From the NCBI GenBank assembly GCA_965228855.1, contig CBDDIJ010000002.1, forward strand, positions 1,632,001 to 1,696,000: DNA of 64,000 bases. The letters are read 5' to 3'. How positions within the stretch are numbered: the stretch's first letter is position 1; every line of letters starts with the position of its first letter. This stretch comes from Candidatus Obscuribacterales bacterium. Lineage in GTDB: Bacteria; Cyanobacteriota; Vampirovibrionia; Obscuribacterales; Obscuribacteraceae. Below are positions 20,447-31,181 of this stretch, piece by piece. The position numbers and the translations under genes are program-made. The notes under the pieces are model-generated. The model saw nothing but the letters and a program-made list of their open reading frames with translations, did not search any database and was not told the DNA's origin.

Positions 20447-21961
20447 CTAGCTGTATGACGGTGCGTTTTGGGTGTCGTAAATGGCTTGGGCGCACGATTT
20501 CCAGTGGACGGCTTCGTCTTCTCGATAGGTCGATTCGAGAAGGACCGAGTACGCCATGAGCGATTCGGCAACGCTCAGATCTTGCGGACCGAGAGCGCGT
20601 GTTTTTACATCGATTGCTTTTCGATAGAGTTCTTCTGCTTCGTCGTACTTCTTGAGGTGTCGGAGTGACTCTGCTAAGAAGTGCATGACGAGACCGACTT
20701 CGCTATGGTCGGGGCCGAGTACTTTGGTTACTTTTGCAAGCAAGTCGCGATAGAGTTTTTCGGCTTCGGCCGCTTTCTGCTGTTCGATCAAAGAGACGCC
20801 ATAGTCGCAAATTGCGGCCAGAGTCTCCGGATGTTCTTTGCCGAATGCTTTTTCGCGCATCTCTACAATCCGCTTCCAGCAAGGCTCAGCCTTCGCGTGA
20901 CGATTGTATGACTGGTAGAAAAAGGCAAGGTCGCGGACGCGAATTTCGGTTTCTCTATGATTCGGCCCTACAGCCTGCTCGCAGATGGAGAGCGCTTCTA
21001 AGTAAAATGATTCTGCTTGAGGAAGCTTGTTTTGATCGCGATAAAGTTTGCCCAGATATGAAAGGAGCTCCGCACCCTCTGGCGTTTTCTTCGCCTGGGC
21101 GCGTTCTTTGATGGCGAGTGCCCGTTTATAAAAGCGCTCGGCTTCCGCATGTTTTTGAATTCTTGCGTAGCCATTGGCGATGTTTGTGATCATCTCAACG
21201 ACTTCAGGATGGGTTGGACCAAGCTGCAATTCCTTGAGGGACAAAATGCGTTCGTGCATTTTCATCGCTTCGGGTCCATTGCCATTAGCTTCGAGAACAT
21301 TGGCAAGGTTTAGAATCAAGCCTTCGAGATCCGAATGCTCTGCTCCAAGCGCGTTCTCCAGAACGGTGAGTGCTTGACGCAGCATGGTTTCAGCTTCTTC
21401 GAAACGTTCGTCCTGCAAATACAAGTTGCCGAGATTGTGCAAAATGTCGCCGACTTCCGGGTGGTCGTCGCCGAATGCTTTGCTCTTGAGCTCGAGTGAG
21501 CGCTTGTAGAGCGCTTCTGCAGCACCGAACTTTTGCTGCGCGGCATAAAGCAGCGCTAAATTGTTGTAGCTGGTCGCAACTTCCGGATTGTTCGGTCCGA
21601 GAACCTGTTCGTAAATCTCCGTGAGACGCGTGCAGATGGGCTCTGCCTTGTCATAACGCTCCTGGAAGAAATATACAGCCGAAAGGTTATTCAAACTCTG
21701 CACGATGTCTTCGTGCTGGGGATTGAGTTCCTTCTCTCGAACTTCGAGCGCTCTTTTGTAGAGCGGCTCGGCTTCTTCATATCGCGCCTGTTCGAAGTAA
21801 ACTTCTGCGAGCCGATCGAGGCAATTGGCTACGGTGAGCGGATCTTTTGAGCGTTCAGCCTCCCACAATGCCGCCTGGAACATAGTCTCAGCCTGAGCAA
21901 GATCCTCGTTCTGGAATGCCTCGTTGGCTGACTCCATCAACTTGTCAAAGTCTTTGCTCAT
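20447..21961 (-). CDS. TPR protein with 42-aa kinesin-light-chain-type repeats
   Basis: about 10 repeats of the form G.dHP.va..L.NLA..Y..Q.ry.eAE.LYKRAL; AGGGG RBS. Confidence 0.9.
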   Translation of the reverse strand: MSKDFDKLMESANEAFQNEDLAQAETMFQAALWEAERSKDPLTVANCLDRLAEVYFEQARYEEAEPLYKRALEVREKELNPQHEDIVQSLNNLSAVYFFQERYDKAEPICTRLTEIYEQVLGPNNPEVATSYNNLALLYAAQQKFGAAEALYKRSLELKSKAFGDDHPEVGDILHNLGNLYLQDERFEEAETMLRQALTVLENALGAEHSDLEGLILNLANVLEANGNGPEAMKMHERILSLKELQLGPTHPEVVEMITNIANGYARIQKHAEAERFYKRALAIKERAQAKKTPEGAELLSYLGKLYRDQNKLPQAESFYLEALSICEQAVGPNHRETEIRVRDLAFFYQSYNRHAKAEPCWKRIVEMREKAFGKEHPETLAAICDYGVSLIEQQKAAEAEKLYRDLLAKVTKVLGPDHSEVGLVMHFLAESLRHLKKYDEAEELYRKAIDVKTRALGPQDLSVAESLMAYSVLLESTYREDEAVHWKSCAQAIYDTQNAPSYS

Positions 21962-22220
21962 TTTGCCCCTGGGAAATCGCGCGAGTGGTTGTCAGTCACC
22001 TGCAACTACTCTTCTATATTGAGAATTTATATCTTATCTGAGACGAGAAGATAATTGCATCTATGTCGGAACTCAAAAAACGTTACCGACTTGCTTCTGT
22101 GGTTATGCCCTGTACGCAAAGGACATCAGACATCAAGAGTCCAAACTTGCGGAAACATGATCGGACCCATCACAACCCTGTTGTGATTCGTTGGTTGACC
22201 GGCCGGTTGATTGGGGAGGG

Positions 22221-22355
22221 CTGACGTTCGCTGGGTCGCCGGCGCTGACTTTGCGCGGGTCGCCGGCCATGACTTACGCTGGGTCGCCGGCGTTACTTTG
22301 CGCGTAGCGCCGGCCATGACTTACGCTGGTCGCCGGCGTTGACTTTGCGCAGGTC
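22221..22355. repeat. 23-24-bp tandem repeat, about 5.7 copies of alternating A/B variants
   Basis: units such as atgacttacgctgggtcgccggcg and ctgactttgcgcgggtcgccggcc, directly after the xth stop. Confidence 0.9.
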
Positions 22356-23129
22356 TTAGACGTTCAGCGTCAGGGTCACCGGGCAGTGGTCGGAGCCCAT
22401 GACATGACTTTCGATACTGGCATGGTCGAGCTGCTTGAGAAGGTCCGGGGTCAGGAAAAAATAGTCGATGCGCCAGCCCACGTTTCGTTTCCGTGCGCCG
22501 GTCATGACATGCCACCAGGTGTAATTTTTCGGCTCGGCGTTGACGACCCGGAATGTATCCGTGTAGCCGTGCGACACGAATTTGTCCATCCATTCACGCT
22601 CAACTGGCAGAAAGCCTGAAATACCAACATTCCGCTTTGGTGAGTCCAGGTCGATTTCCTTGTGCGCAGTATTGAAGTCTCCGCAAATTATCAGCTTCTT
22701 GCCTTGCTTCCGCAGACCCTCGGCGAATTCCAGAAACGCATTGTAGAAGTCGAGCTTGTATTGCAGTCGCTCCGGGCTCATCTTGCCGTTTGGATAGTAG
22801 ATCGTCAGCAAAACGAAATCGCCGTAATCGGCAACCAGAGTGCGTCCTTCCGTGTCGAATTTCGGATTTCCGATACTTTGCGAAACTGCAATCGGTTTCT
22901 CTCTAACAAAAAGAGCGACTCCGCTGTATCCGCGTCTCTCCGCATGGCTCCAATAGCTCGTGTAGCCGGGCGGCGCCGAGAGTTCTTCTACAAGCTGGTC
23001 TGCGGAAATTTTGGTTTCCTGAATGCCGAGAAAATCAGGACGATGGTCGTCGAGCCACTCGTAGAAGCCTTTTCGTGAGATGGCACGGATGCCGTTTACG
23101 TTCCAAGATGCGAAAGTGAATTTGCTCAT
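22356..23129 (-). CDS. xth: exodeoxyribonuclease III / AP endonuclease
   Basis: SWNVNGIRA, QETK, YSGVA, CGDFNTAH, GWRIDY and GSDHCPV. Confidence 0.96.
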   Translation of the reverse strand: MSKFTFASWNVNGIRAISRKGFYEWLDDHRPDFLGIQETKISADQLVEELSAPPGYTSYWSHAERRGYSGVALFVREKPIAVSQSIGNPKFDTEGRTLVADYGDFVLLTIYYPNGKMSPERLQYKLDFYNAFLEFAEGLRKQGKKLIICGDFNTAHKEIDLDSPKRNVGISGFLPVEREWMDKFVSHGYTDTFRVVNAEPKNYTWWHVMTGARKRNVGWRIDYFFLTPDLLKQLDHASIESHVMGSDHCPVTLTLNV

Positions 23130-23483
23130 GCTTAGAGGGAGTTACTCATTCTTAGGGCGTCTGTATGCCTAAACGGAATATTTTTTGACCACATATTCCA
23201 CTCGGGAATTTTAACTCGGTAATCTGCTGTAGCTATGCTGGCGGAGAGGCATGTTAGCAGTGAATTTCGACCCGTTTAGACGTTAGGCGTAACAACTTAC
23301 CAGCGATTTCGCCTCAATTCCGCATCAGCGTGTTCATTTTTATTCCTAACCGGAATAACCTTTCTGAAATCATTCCACTCAAGAATATCTCCTCGGTAAT
23401 GAGGTCCCGGTCAGACCGCGAAGGCCGCTCCGAGGAAAGTAAAACCGCTCCGAAGCAAAACGCTCGGATCGCTCAAAGGAGAA

Positions 23484-23530
23484 CGCCAGGGGCGTCAATA
23501 TTTTGACAAACCCCTGGCGATTTTTCTGTT
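23484..23530. terminator. intrinsic terminator downstream of ald, possibly bidirectional
   Basis: cgccagggg...cccctggcg inverted repeat with inner gtcaa/ttgac stem and T-rich flanks on both strands. Confidence 0.7.
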
Positions 23531-23572
23531 TCAGTTTTCTTAGATGGCGACAGCGTTTCGCTGCAGCCAAGC

Positions 23573-24685
23573 CTAGACGGCTGCCGGCTGTCCGACTGCT
23601 TCGAGAACGCCCGGATGAACGATCTCGCCGTTGTGGATGTTGACGCCCTTCATCAAGGCTGAGTCTTCCAGGCAAGCTTTGTAGCCGAGCTTGGCGAGTT
23701 TCAGACCATAGTTCATGGTGGCGTTGGTGAGTGCGCGGGTCGAAGTCCACGGTACAGCGCCAGGAATGTTGGCGACGCCGTAGTGCAGGACGCCTTCGTA
23801 CACGTAGGTCGGTGCAGAGTGAGTGGTTGCGTGGATGGTTTCGATGCAACCGCCCTGGTCGACGGAGACGTCGACGATGACTGCGCCCGGCTTCATGTTC
23901 TTGACCATTTCTTTGGTGACGATTCTCGGAGCTTGTTTGCCCGGGATGAGAACCGCGCCGATTACGAGGTCAGCGGTCGGGAGGATTTCTTCGAGGTATT
24001 TGCCTACGGAATAAACCGTTCTCAATTGACCGTTGAACACGTCGTCAAGATAACGGAGACGATCGAGCGAGAGATCGAAGATTGTGACGCGAGCGCCCAG
24101 TCCGAGCGCGATTTTCGCTGCGTTGGTTCCGACCACGCCGCCACCGATGATGATGACTTCGCCCGGCTCCACGCCTGGGACGCCGCCCAGCAATACGCCG
24201 CGACCGCCCATGGGACGCTCGAGGTAGTTAGCGCCGATTTGCGCGCTCAAACGACCGGCGATTTCGGACATCGGCGTGAGCAGCGGGAGAGCGCCATTTG
24301 CGGTTTGAACCGTTTCGTAAGCGACGCATGTAGCGCCAGTCTTGGCGAGATCAACAGCCAGTTTCGGATCTGCAGCGAGGTGCAAATAAGTGTAGAGAAT
24401 CTGACCCTTGCGGATCATCGGGATTTCGGAAGCTTGCGGCTCTTTGACCTTGAAGATCAAGTCGGCTTCCTGGAAAACTGCTGCGGCATCAGGAAGAATC
24501 TTCGCGCCAGCAGCTTTGTATTCATCATCACTGATACCGCTTCCGACACCAGCATTTTTCTCGACGTATACGGAATGACCTTCCGCGAGGAGGGCACTGA
24601 CGCCAGCGAGCGTCAGAGCAACACGATATTCGTGATCCTTAATTTCTTTGGGTACTCCAACCTTGGCCAAGAGACAGCCCTCCAT
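23573..24685 (-). CDS. ald: alanine dehydrogenase
   Basis: [37 protein letters not shown] and VDQGGC. Confidence 0.97.
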   Translation of the reverse strand: MEGCLLAKVGVPKEIKDHEYRVALTLAGVSALLAEGHSVYVEKNAGVGSGISDDEYKAAGAKILPDAAAVFQEADLIFKVKEPQASEIPMIRKGQILYTYLHLAADPKLAVDLAKTGATCVAYETVQTANGALPLLTPMSEIAGRLSAQIGANYLERPMGGRGVLLGGVPGVEPGEVIIIGGGVVGTNAAKIALGLGARVTIFDLSLDRLRYLDDVFNGQLRTVYSVGKYLEEILPTADLVIGAVLIPGKQAPRIVTKEMVKNMKPGAVIVDVSVDQGGCIETIHATTHSAPTYVYEGVLHYGVANIPGAVPWTSTRALTNATMNYGLKLAKLGYKACLEDSALMKGVNIHNGEIVHPGVLEAVGQPAAV

Positions 24686-24812
24686 TGCAAAAAACTTTAA
24701 CCATATTTCGACCTAAGATCTTAGCCTGGCAGGATGCCAACTCCATATACTTTGATACTGTTTTTAGTATTGATGCCTTCTTTAGAAGGATCTCACAAGG
24801 AATCAGGTCGAT

Positions 24813-25991
24813 ATGTCACAGTCTTTAGTAATCGTAAATGGCGCAAGAACGGCTTTTGGAGCGTATGGAGGCGGTTTGGCCACTCAAACCGCAACCGATC
24901 TCGCGGTCACCGCGACAAAGGGCGCACTCGCGAAAGCCAAGGTCGACGCCAGCGATGTTGACTACGTCGTTATGGGCAACGTCCTCCAGACCAGCAAGGA
25001 CGCCATCTACCTTGCTCGCCACGTTGCTCTGCGCAGCGGATGCAAGGAGTCGACGCCGGGTCTGATTCTTAATCTGCTCTGCGGCTCCGGTGTCATGGCG
25101 GTCGCCAACGCCGAGATGCTCATCAACTCCAATCAGGCGAAAGTAGTAGTCGCAGGCGGAACCGACTCGCTGTCGATGACGCCTTACATAACCTGGGGCG
25201 TGCGCTGGGGCTCGCGCATGGGACATGCTGAACTCTGGGACGGTCTCGACATCCGCGATACCTATCCCAACGCTTCCATGGGCGAAACGGCCGAGAATCT
25301 TCAAGCCGACTACAAAATTTCCAGAGAAGAACAAGACGAATTCGCGCTGCTCAGCCAACACAGATTCCGTGATGCGCTTGCCAAGGGTGTTTTCAAAGAG
25401 GAAATCGTTCCTGTCGTTATCAAAGACCGTAAAGGCAAAGAGGTTTCAATCGAACTTGACGAGCATCCGAGACCCGAAACCGTCATTGAAGGATTGCAAA
25501 AGCTCAAGCCTGCATTCAAAAAGGATGGAACAGTTACAGCCGGCAATGCGTGCGGTATCGTAGATGGTGCCTCCGCGCTGGTCGTGATGTCCGAGGATGA
25601 AGCGAAGAAGCGCGGACTCTCTCCGTTAACTCGGGTGGTCTCGTGGGCCGTAACCGGTGTTCCACCTCGCATCATGGGTATTGGACCGGTGCCGGCTATT
25701 CCGATGGCACTCGAGAAAGCCGGGTTGAAACTCGAAGATATCGACTTGATTGAAATCAACGAAGCATTCGCTGCACAGTATCTGGCGTGCGAGAAGGAGT
25801 TGAAACTCGATCGTAATAAGGTGAACGTGAACGGCGGAGCAATCGCCGTTGGTCACCCATTCGGAGCGACCGGTGCGCGCTTGCTGTTGACGTTGTCTAA
25901 CGAACTTCAACGCCGAAAAGCTCGCTACGGTATGGTCAGCCTCTGCATCGGCGGCGGCATGGGCATTGCAATGATAATCGAGCGCGTCTAG
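24813..25991 (+). CDS. acetyl-CoA C-acyltransferase (thiolase)
   Basis: NLLCGSG, EINEAFAAQ, NGGAIAVGHPFGATG and CIGGGMG. Confidence 0.95.
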   Translation: MSQSLVIVNGARTAFGAYGGGLATQTATDLAVTATKGALAKAKVDASDVDYVVMGNVLQTSKDAIYLARHVALRSGCKESTPGLILNLLCGSGVMAVANAEMLINSNQAKVVVAGGTDSLSMTPYITWGVRWGSRMGHAELWDGLDIRDTYPNASMGETAENLQADYKISREEQDEFALLSQHRFRDALAKGVFKEEIVPVVIKDRKGKEVSIELDEHPRPETVIEGLQKLKPAFKKDGTVTAGNACGIVDGASALVVMSEDEAKKRGLSPLTRVVSWAVTGVPPRIMGIGPVPAIPMALEKAGLKLEDIDLIEINEAFAAQYLACEKELKLDRNKVNVNGGAIAVGHPFGATGARLLLTLSNELQRRKARYGMVSLCIGGGMGIAMIIERV

Positions 25992-26021
25992 CACCGTAGG
26001 TGGTGCCAGTTTCTGAAAAGA

Positions 26022-28010
26022 TTATCGTCCTTGCAGGTTCCGGAGATCTTTCCATGGGTCTGCCGCTCGTGTTTTGGTTTGCTGCGGTTTTGCTGGTGCG
26101 GTAACTTTCGACGGTCGGGTAACTCTTGCAGTGGGAGCGGAAGCCGGCTGACGCTTCGGTTTGCTAACGTGTTTCGGTGGCGCCGGATGTTTGATGCTGA
26201 CTTGCTCCTCCTCCTCCTTCAGTGAGTCACTGGGACTTCTCTCGGGAGTGGTGACTGCGCTTGTTGCACTGCGTGAGCTGTCTGTGGAATCTTCCTCTTC
26301 GGTGGTGCTATTGGTGGTGCTCCTCGTTATTCTGTGTTGAGGGACATCTGTCGATTTCGACATCGTCGCGTAGACGATAGCAATGCCCGCGCAGATAATC
26401 ACCGCTACGACCAGATACGGCAACCAGGCTTTTAAAGCTACATCTCCAGACCCACGCGAAAGTTCGACATCAACCGGATGAGCTGTCAGGCTAGGTTTGC
26501 CACGGTCAACGGAGGCACCATCCCTTCCGGTAACAGCTTGTTGATTGAAGCCTACATCGACAGGTTCCATCGAGGCTGCGGTAGAGGGCACTGTATGTGG
26601 TGTCGTGGTAACTGAGGTTGGTTTGTCCGATTTGTAGTTCGATGTCTGCGAAATCGACTGGGAAGCAGAGGTCCCTGACTCAAATCCGTCCCCGCTGCCG
26701 GTGGGGCGGGCCCACTTGCTTCTCGGTTGTTGCGGCTGCATGTTACCGGTTTGAGACTTCGCCTCGATGGCGTCTGTGGCAGGCATGTTGCTGGTCTGAA
26801 ACTTTGCCTCGACGGAGTCTGTGGCCTGCATGTTGCCGGTTTGCGACTTCGCCTCTAGGGAGTCTGCGGCCGGCTCGTCGACGAAGTCATCCGCGCCGGT
26901 TTGCAACATACCGGCAAACCAGGCCATTTGCTGGCTTTTCTCTGAGCGAGCTGAACCCTCACCGGATGTCGCAGGCAGAGAATTTCCCGACCCCAGAAAT
27001 CCTGCGGCTGAACCCTGTGCCCCTCCGACCATTGAGCCTCCTGATGCAGAGCCGGTCGATCTTGAGTGCGAGTGCGATGACGGGTGTAAGTAAAGCTCTC
27101 CTGAATTACGATCGCTGTTTGCGCAGGCTGACATCAACGCGTCGCGCAGTTCCAGCGCGGAATTGAACCGGCTAACGGGGTTTTTCTCCATCGCCTGAAA
27201 GATCACGGACTCTACGGCGTAAGGCACAACAGCTGCGGGATTCACCTCCGCAAAGCTGGCTGGCACAGTGTTGACGTGTCTCTGGATCAGTTCAAAAATT
27301 GTGGTGGCATACCAGAACGGATCTTTGCCCGTCAGCATTTCGTACATCACACACCCGAGCGCATAGATGTCGGAACGTTCGTCTCCCGACTCGCCCATAC
27401 ACTGCTCAGGACTCATGTATGGCGGGCTTCCCCAGAGTTCTCCCGATTGTGTCAGCTTGCGATTGTCTTCACTGAGTTTTGCTAAACCGAAGTCGACGAC
27501 TTTGACGAAATCCATTTCGTCATCCATCAGAACGATGTTGCCGGGCTTGAGATCTCTGTGGATGATGCCGCGTTTATGGGCATGGTCCATCGCGCTGCAT
27601 ACTTGCATCGAGATGCGCGCGAAACGATCGACCGGCAGCGGACCGTCGGCTTCGATCAAAGTTTCCAAACTGCGACCCCGCAGATAGTCCATTACCACAT
27701 ACGGTTGTCCGTCTTCCCCGATAATGCAATCATATACGGTGACAACATTGGGATGGCTCAAGGCGCAAAGACTGCTGATCTCGCGCTCGAACCGTTCTCT
27801 ATAAACCGGCTTGGAGTCTAGTTGTACGCGAATCGTTTTAATTGCTACGTGTCTGTTCACGGCAAGCTGTTTCGCTTTGTAGACGACGCTCATTCCGCCT
27901 GAACCAAGAACTTCTTCGATGTAAAAACGGTCACCAAGTTTGGTGCCGACTAGTGGATCGCGCGATTTCACGGCGTCCGTTTTTACGCTCTCATCGTTCT
28001 CCGGGCTCAT
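26022..28010 (-). CDS. Ser/Thr protein kinase with linker, one TM helix and extracellular tail
   Basis: LGSGGMSVVY, VAIK, HRDLKPGN, DFG and YMSPE; TM WLPYLVVAVIICAGIAIVYA; ATG at 28010 overlaps the upstream stop (ATGA). Confidence 0.92.
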   Translation of the reverse strand: MSPENDESVKTDAVKSRDPLVGTKLGDRFYIEEVLGSGGMSVVYKAKQLAVNRHVAIKTIRVQLDSKPVYRERFEREISSLCALSHPNVVTVYDCIIGEDGQPYVVMDYLRGRSLETLIEADGPLPVDRFARISMQVCSAMDHAHKRGIIHRDLKPGNIVLMDDEMDFVKVVDFGLAKLSEDNRKLTQSGELWGSPPYMSPEQCMGESGDERSDIYALGCVMYEMLTGKDPFWYATTIFELIQRHVNTVPASFAEVNPAAVVPYAVESVIFQAMEKNPVSRFNSALELRDALMSACANSDRNSGELYLHPSSHSHSRSTGSASGGSMVGGAQGSAAGFLGSGNSLPATSGEGSARSEKSQQMAWFAGMLQTGADDFVDEPAADSLEAKSQTGNMQATDSVEAKFQTSNMPATDAIEAKSQTGNMQPQQPRSKWARPTGSGDGFESGTSASQSISQTSNYKSDKPTSVTTTPHTVPSTAASMEPVDVGFNQQAVTGRDGASVDRGKPSLTAHPVDVELSRGSGDVALKAWLPYLVVAVIICAGIAIVYATMSKSTDVPQHRITRSTTNSTTEEEDSTDSSRSATSAVTTPERSPSDSLKEEEEQVSIKHPAPPKHVSKPKRQPASAPTARVTRPSKVTAPAKPQQTKTRAADPWKDLRNLQGR
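26735..26868 (-). repeat. in-frame 45-bp repeat, 3 copies (TDxxEAKxQTxNMxA)
   Basis: DSLEAKSQTGNMQAT / DSVEAKFQTSNMPAT / DAIEAKSQTGNMQPQ. Confidence 0.85.
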
Positions 28011-29047
28011 GGAGGTCCACCGCCACCGCCGCCCGGTGCCATTATGTCGACGCCGGTCAATTTCATGCTCAACGAATGAAACTGAGCGATCATCGCGCAA
28101 GCCTGACCACGTTTGTTCGCTGCGATAAGCGCATCAATTTGTTGTTTGAGTTGTCGCAACTGCTGAGCATCGTTGCCTGAGACCCGATTGATCACCATGG
28201 GCGCACCGGCTGAGTAGCTTTGCAGTATATGGTCAACGTTTGGTGGCACTGCGAAATCATTACCTGTTCCGGGACCCGGTAAGTTCATCGGCACATTCGC
28301 GGTATTCGCCTGACGTCCACCGTTCGGTCCACCAATTGGTCCGCCCGTTTGAGAACCCGCTGAGTTGCCGCCTGATTTCAAAATCAATCTGTGACCACTT
28401 GCCGCTTGCTTTGCTTGTTTGACCTGGTCTTCCTGCTCAGTCAGTTTTGTCTCCAGATAGCTTATCTTCTGGGTCAGTTCCGCAGAACCGCCAGCTTTGC
28501 TGAGAGTCTCAATCTGAGCAAACAGTGTTTCGAACGGCTTGACTCCTGTTCCTCGTTGCCTCAGTTTGTCGATCCTCTTCCAGATCAGCAGCCTTCTTTC
28601 CATCTCCGCACCTGGTACCACATTCGGTGCTGCCTCTTCTTTCACGGGAATTAGAGTGAGCGAGCCGAGAAGTTCACTCGGCGATTTCCTGCCGGCACCG
28701 AAATCATCGATAACACCCTTGGAGACGGAAACATACCGTGCTGTGCGCCCGGATTGAGAATAAAGCACCTTGACGGCCGATACCTGCTCCGGGGCCGCCT
28801 CCATCAAAGTTTTCGCGTAGAAAACTGCGTCTATTTTTAAGTCGTTATCTGTGGCATCAGGTTTTCCCTGTGCCAGGACAGTTACTGTAGGTCCGGTCCC
28901 GACCGCTTTGGGCTCGGTTGTTTTCTTTCCGACGTTGGCACTTTCGAGCACGCCGGTGAGTTGTCCGGCAGTTAGCGCTGCCCATGAGCTTTTCGCATCC
29001 ATGAGAAGCAGCGTAATTATTATGACGGCAAAATATAACCGTTTCAT
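28007..29047 (-). CDS. secreted hypothetical protein; may start at 29098
   Basis: MKRLYFAVIIITLLL signal peptide; translationally coupled to the kinase. Confidence 0.7.
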   Translation of the reverse strand: MKRLYFAVIIITLLLMDAKSSWAALTAGQLTGVLESANVGKKTTEPKAVGTGPTVTVLAQGKPDATDNDLKIDAVFYAKTLMEAAPEQVSAVKVLYSQSGRTARYVSVSKGVIDDFGAGRKSPSELLGSLTLIPVKEEAAPNVVPGAEMERRLLIWKRIDKLRQRGTGVKPFETLFAQIETLSKAGGSAELTQKISYLETKLTEQEDQVKQAKQAASGHRLILKSGGNSAGSQTGGPIGGPNGGRQANTANVPMNLPGPGTGNDFAVPPNVDHILQSYSAGAPMVINRVSGNDAQQLRQLKQQIDALIAANKRGQACAMIAQFHSLSMKLTGVDIMAPGGGGGGPP

Positions 29048-29149
29048 CAATCTTGGATCTCCGGATATGGCCTTTTTATGCCAATATACGGAGTCCATTA
29101 AACGCTGAATTCTGGTGCTTGTTTGCGACGGGCTGACTGTTTTGCCTGT

Positions 29150-29392
29150 TTACTTGACGATGCCTGACTTTACGTAGTTAGCCAGAATTTGTTCGATCTC
29201 ACGCCAAATTGGCTCCGAATCACGCTCCTGATTGTGCTTGTCGTACAACTCAGCGAGTTCCAACAGAGCAATTCCGGTATCCAAACTGTTTGGTCCATTT
29301 TTCTCAATCGCTTTGTTCACTTGTTTCTTGTACAAGTCCTCTTTCGAGTTTATATGCTTTGATTGAGGTGTTTTGGAAAGTGTCTGAACCAT
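29150..29392 (-). CDS. small protein with a single TPR-like unit
   Basis: GAGGG RBS before the ATG at 29392; GPNSLDTGIALLELAELY resembles a KLC-type TPR. Confidence 0.6.
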   Translation of the reverse strand: MVQTLSKTPQSKHINSKEDLYKKQVNKAIEKNGPNSLDTGIALLELAELYDKHNQERDSEPIWREIEQILANYVKSGIVK

Positions 29393-29671
29393 CTGTGGTG
29401 CCCTCTGTGGTGACAGGAAGGTTGTAACATGCCTATTGACTACCGATGGATTTGACCTGTCTAATTTCCTCGAAAAGCCTTGCGGAGCCAGAAATAATGG
29501 CTCTTTACATTGCGTCGCTTCCAGCTTCTGAACGCAATGTTTTTTATCGGAAAGTGGATTTCTTTCTGCAGTCTGACAACTTCGGTCAGAAGCAAAAAAA
29601 TACGCATGCATCAGGGATGAAGACTGCACGCGTATTTCTTATTACAGTTGTGAGTGAGCTGTGATCTTGGA

Positions 29672-30073
29672 CTAACCCTTGTTATTCCACGTTACCACGC
29701 CGTTGCCCTTCTTGACTGGCTGCGGATCTTCATAACCATCCACTGCTTGAACGCCCAGTTCTTCAAATGCGTCCTTTTTCTCGTCTTGCACAGCGACTGT
29801 GGTGGCTTTTCTGTGATAGCCACGCGATCTGGCGTATGCGAGTTCGGGAAGAATAGATGGAGCGTAAGGCGGTGGTGGCGGAACCAGATAGCTCTTACCG
29901 CGACCACGATGAGCAATTACGCGTTTTGACGAATGCTTGGTGGTTTTTTTAGCCGCAACTCTCTGAGTGGCTTTGGCTTGTGACTGTTTCGTCTCGGTTG
30001 CTGATGCATCTTGCGCAGCTGTCGAGAATGAGACCAGCGCAATGACCAGTCCGGCTGATAGTCGCCCTAACAT
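29672..30073 (-). CDS. secreted hypothetical protein
   Basis: GGAGGGG RBS, signal peptide, VPPPPPY motif. Confidence 0.7.
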   Translation of the reverse strand: MLGRLSAGLVIALVSFSTAAQDASATETKQSQAKATQRVAAKKTTKHSSKRVIAHRGRGKSYLVPPPPPYAPSILPELAYARSRGYHRKATTVAVQDEKKDAFEELGVQAVDGYEDPQPVKKGNGVVTWNNKG

Positions 30074-30221
30074 GGAACCCCTCCACTTGGTGGCGATAGA
30101 GCCTGAACTCGCGCCACGGTATTTCCTGTGCCAAAGGCTACGGCACTACTCTTATTGTACCGCTGGTTGAAATATTTAAACTTAAACCCGGCATCGCTTC
30201 GATACATATGTGCTTAAGTTC

Positions 30222-30260
30222 AAAACATAACTGCTCCGTCGGGGCATGAAACGGAGCAGT
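30222..30260 (-). terminator. hairpin, probable terminator
   Basis: perfect 10-bp stem actgctccgt/acggagcagt followed on the minus strand by TATGTTTT. Confidence 0.55.
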
Positions 30261-30513
30261 CATATTTGGGGCACTGACAATTGTGTGCGCGCGCGAGCCT
30301 AGGGCTGGCAGCGGTTTATAGTTTTCGGTTTCTAGTAAGGGTGGGAGCGCGGATCGGCCGGACGCAGCGGAGAACCCACCTGTTATGGCGTGAAAATATT
30401 TGTCAAGAAGGTCGTAGGAAGACCGATAAATACCGGTCTTTGAAAGTTTGATGCCAGGAAATTGACCTTCACTTCCGGGTGAGCCACTTCCTTGCTCGAT
30501 GATTCGAGGTTGC

Positions 30514-30951
30514 CTACCTGGGTGGTCCGCCGGGACCGCTCGTCCCGCCAGGATGTTTGTCGAACCATTTTGCTTTGGGCTGACGGCGTTGTTGCTCGAT
30601 GGAGTCAAGGTTTTTGCCGTCGACAACCGGGTCCCAAGTGGCTACGGCGCCTCCCCACCAGGCTTTCAGGTCTACTGATGTGGTGGCGTTCTGTTTTCGA
30701 TCTTTTCGGACAATGACTGTATCTGGTTCTTGAACCTCCCCCTGCACTTCATTGCAGAGTTGCTTGAATTGTTTTTCTACCTGAATTCCTACATCTGCCT
30801 GGTAGGTAATCGGACTCATCGGATCTTCGCCGAATCTTTCGGCAAGCTCATCGAGACCTTTGACCCATGGGCTTTCGAGTTTTTTCTTGGGTGAGAAGAG
30901 ATTGAAGAGAAACTTGAGAGGAGGTAACTCCTTCCAATTGAACGTGGACAT
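30514..30951 (-). CDS. hypothetical protein
   Basis: GGGAG RBS before the ATG at 30951; no recognised domain. Confidence 0.6.
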   Translation of the reverse strand: MSTFNWKELPPLKFLFNLFSPKKKLESPWVKGLDELAERFGEDPMSPITYQADVGIQVEKQFKQLCNEVQGEVQEPDTVIVRKDRKQNATTSVDLKAWWGGAVATWDPVVDGKNLDSIEQQRRQPKAKWFDKHPGGTSGPGGPPR

Positions 30952-31127
30952 AGTTGGATTTGCTCCCACTGCTATTGAATGGCCATGCTGGAATAATTCC
31001 CATGACAACTCGCGGGTAACGGTTGAGCCTCCACTAAAATTTCAAGATGAACAAACCTTCATAATTGCTGGCGGTTTCTCCACGAGGCATAAGTCGCACC
31101 ATACCGAGGACGGTATCGCGCCAAATT

Positions 31128-31158
31128 AACAAAGCACCCGGCTTTCGCCGAGTGCTTT
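31128..31158 (-). terminator. intrinsic terminator of tdk
   Basis: minus strand reads aaagcactcggc-GAAA-gccgggtgcttt followed by GTT. Confidence 0.75.
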
Positions 31159-31181
31159 GCGTGCGTTGAAAGACCAGTCGA

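Noticed and set aside
22126..22317. 63-aa ORF with 8-aa repeats
   Set aside because: It is a translation of the tandem repeat; indels break the frame in neighbouring units and there is no clear RBS
22221..22355. Possible CRISPR array
   Set aside because: Units are directly adjacent with no unique spacers, and no cas genes are present
23400..23483. GAGGAAAGT resembling RNase P RNA, within short CGCTC repeats
   Set aside because: The following conserved CC and the other RNase P elements are absent; only a degenerate microrepeat
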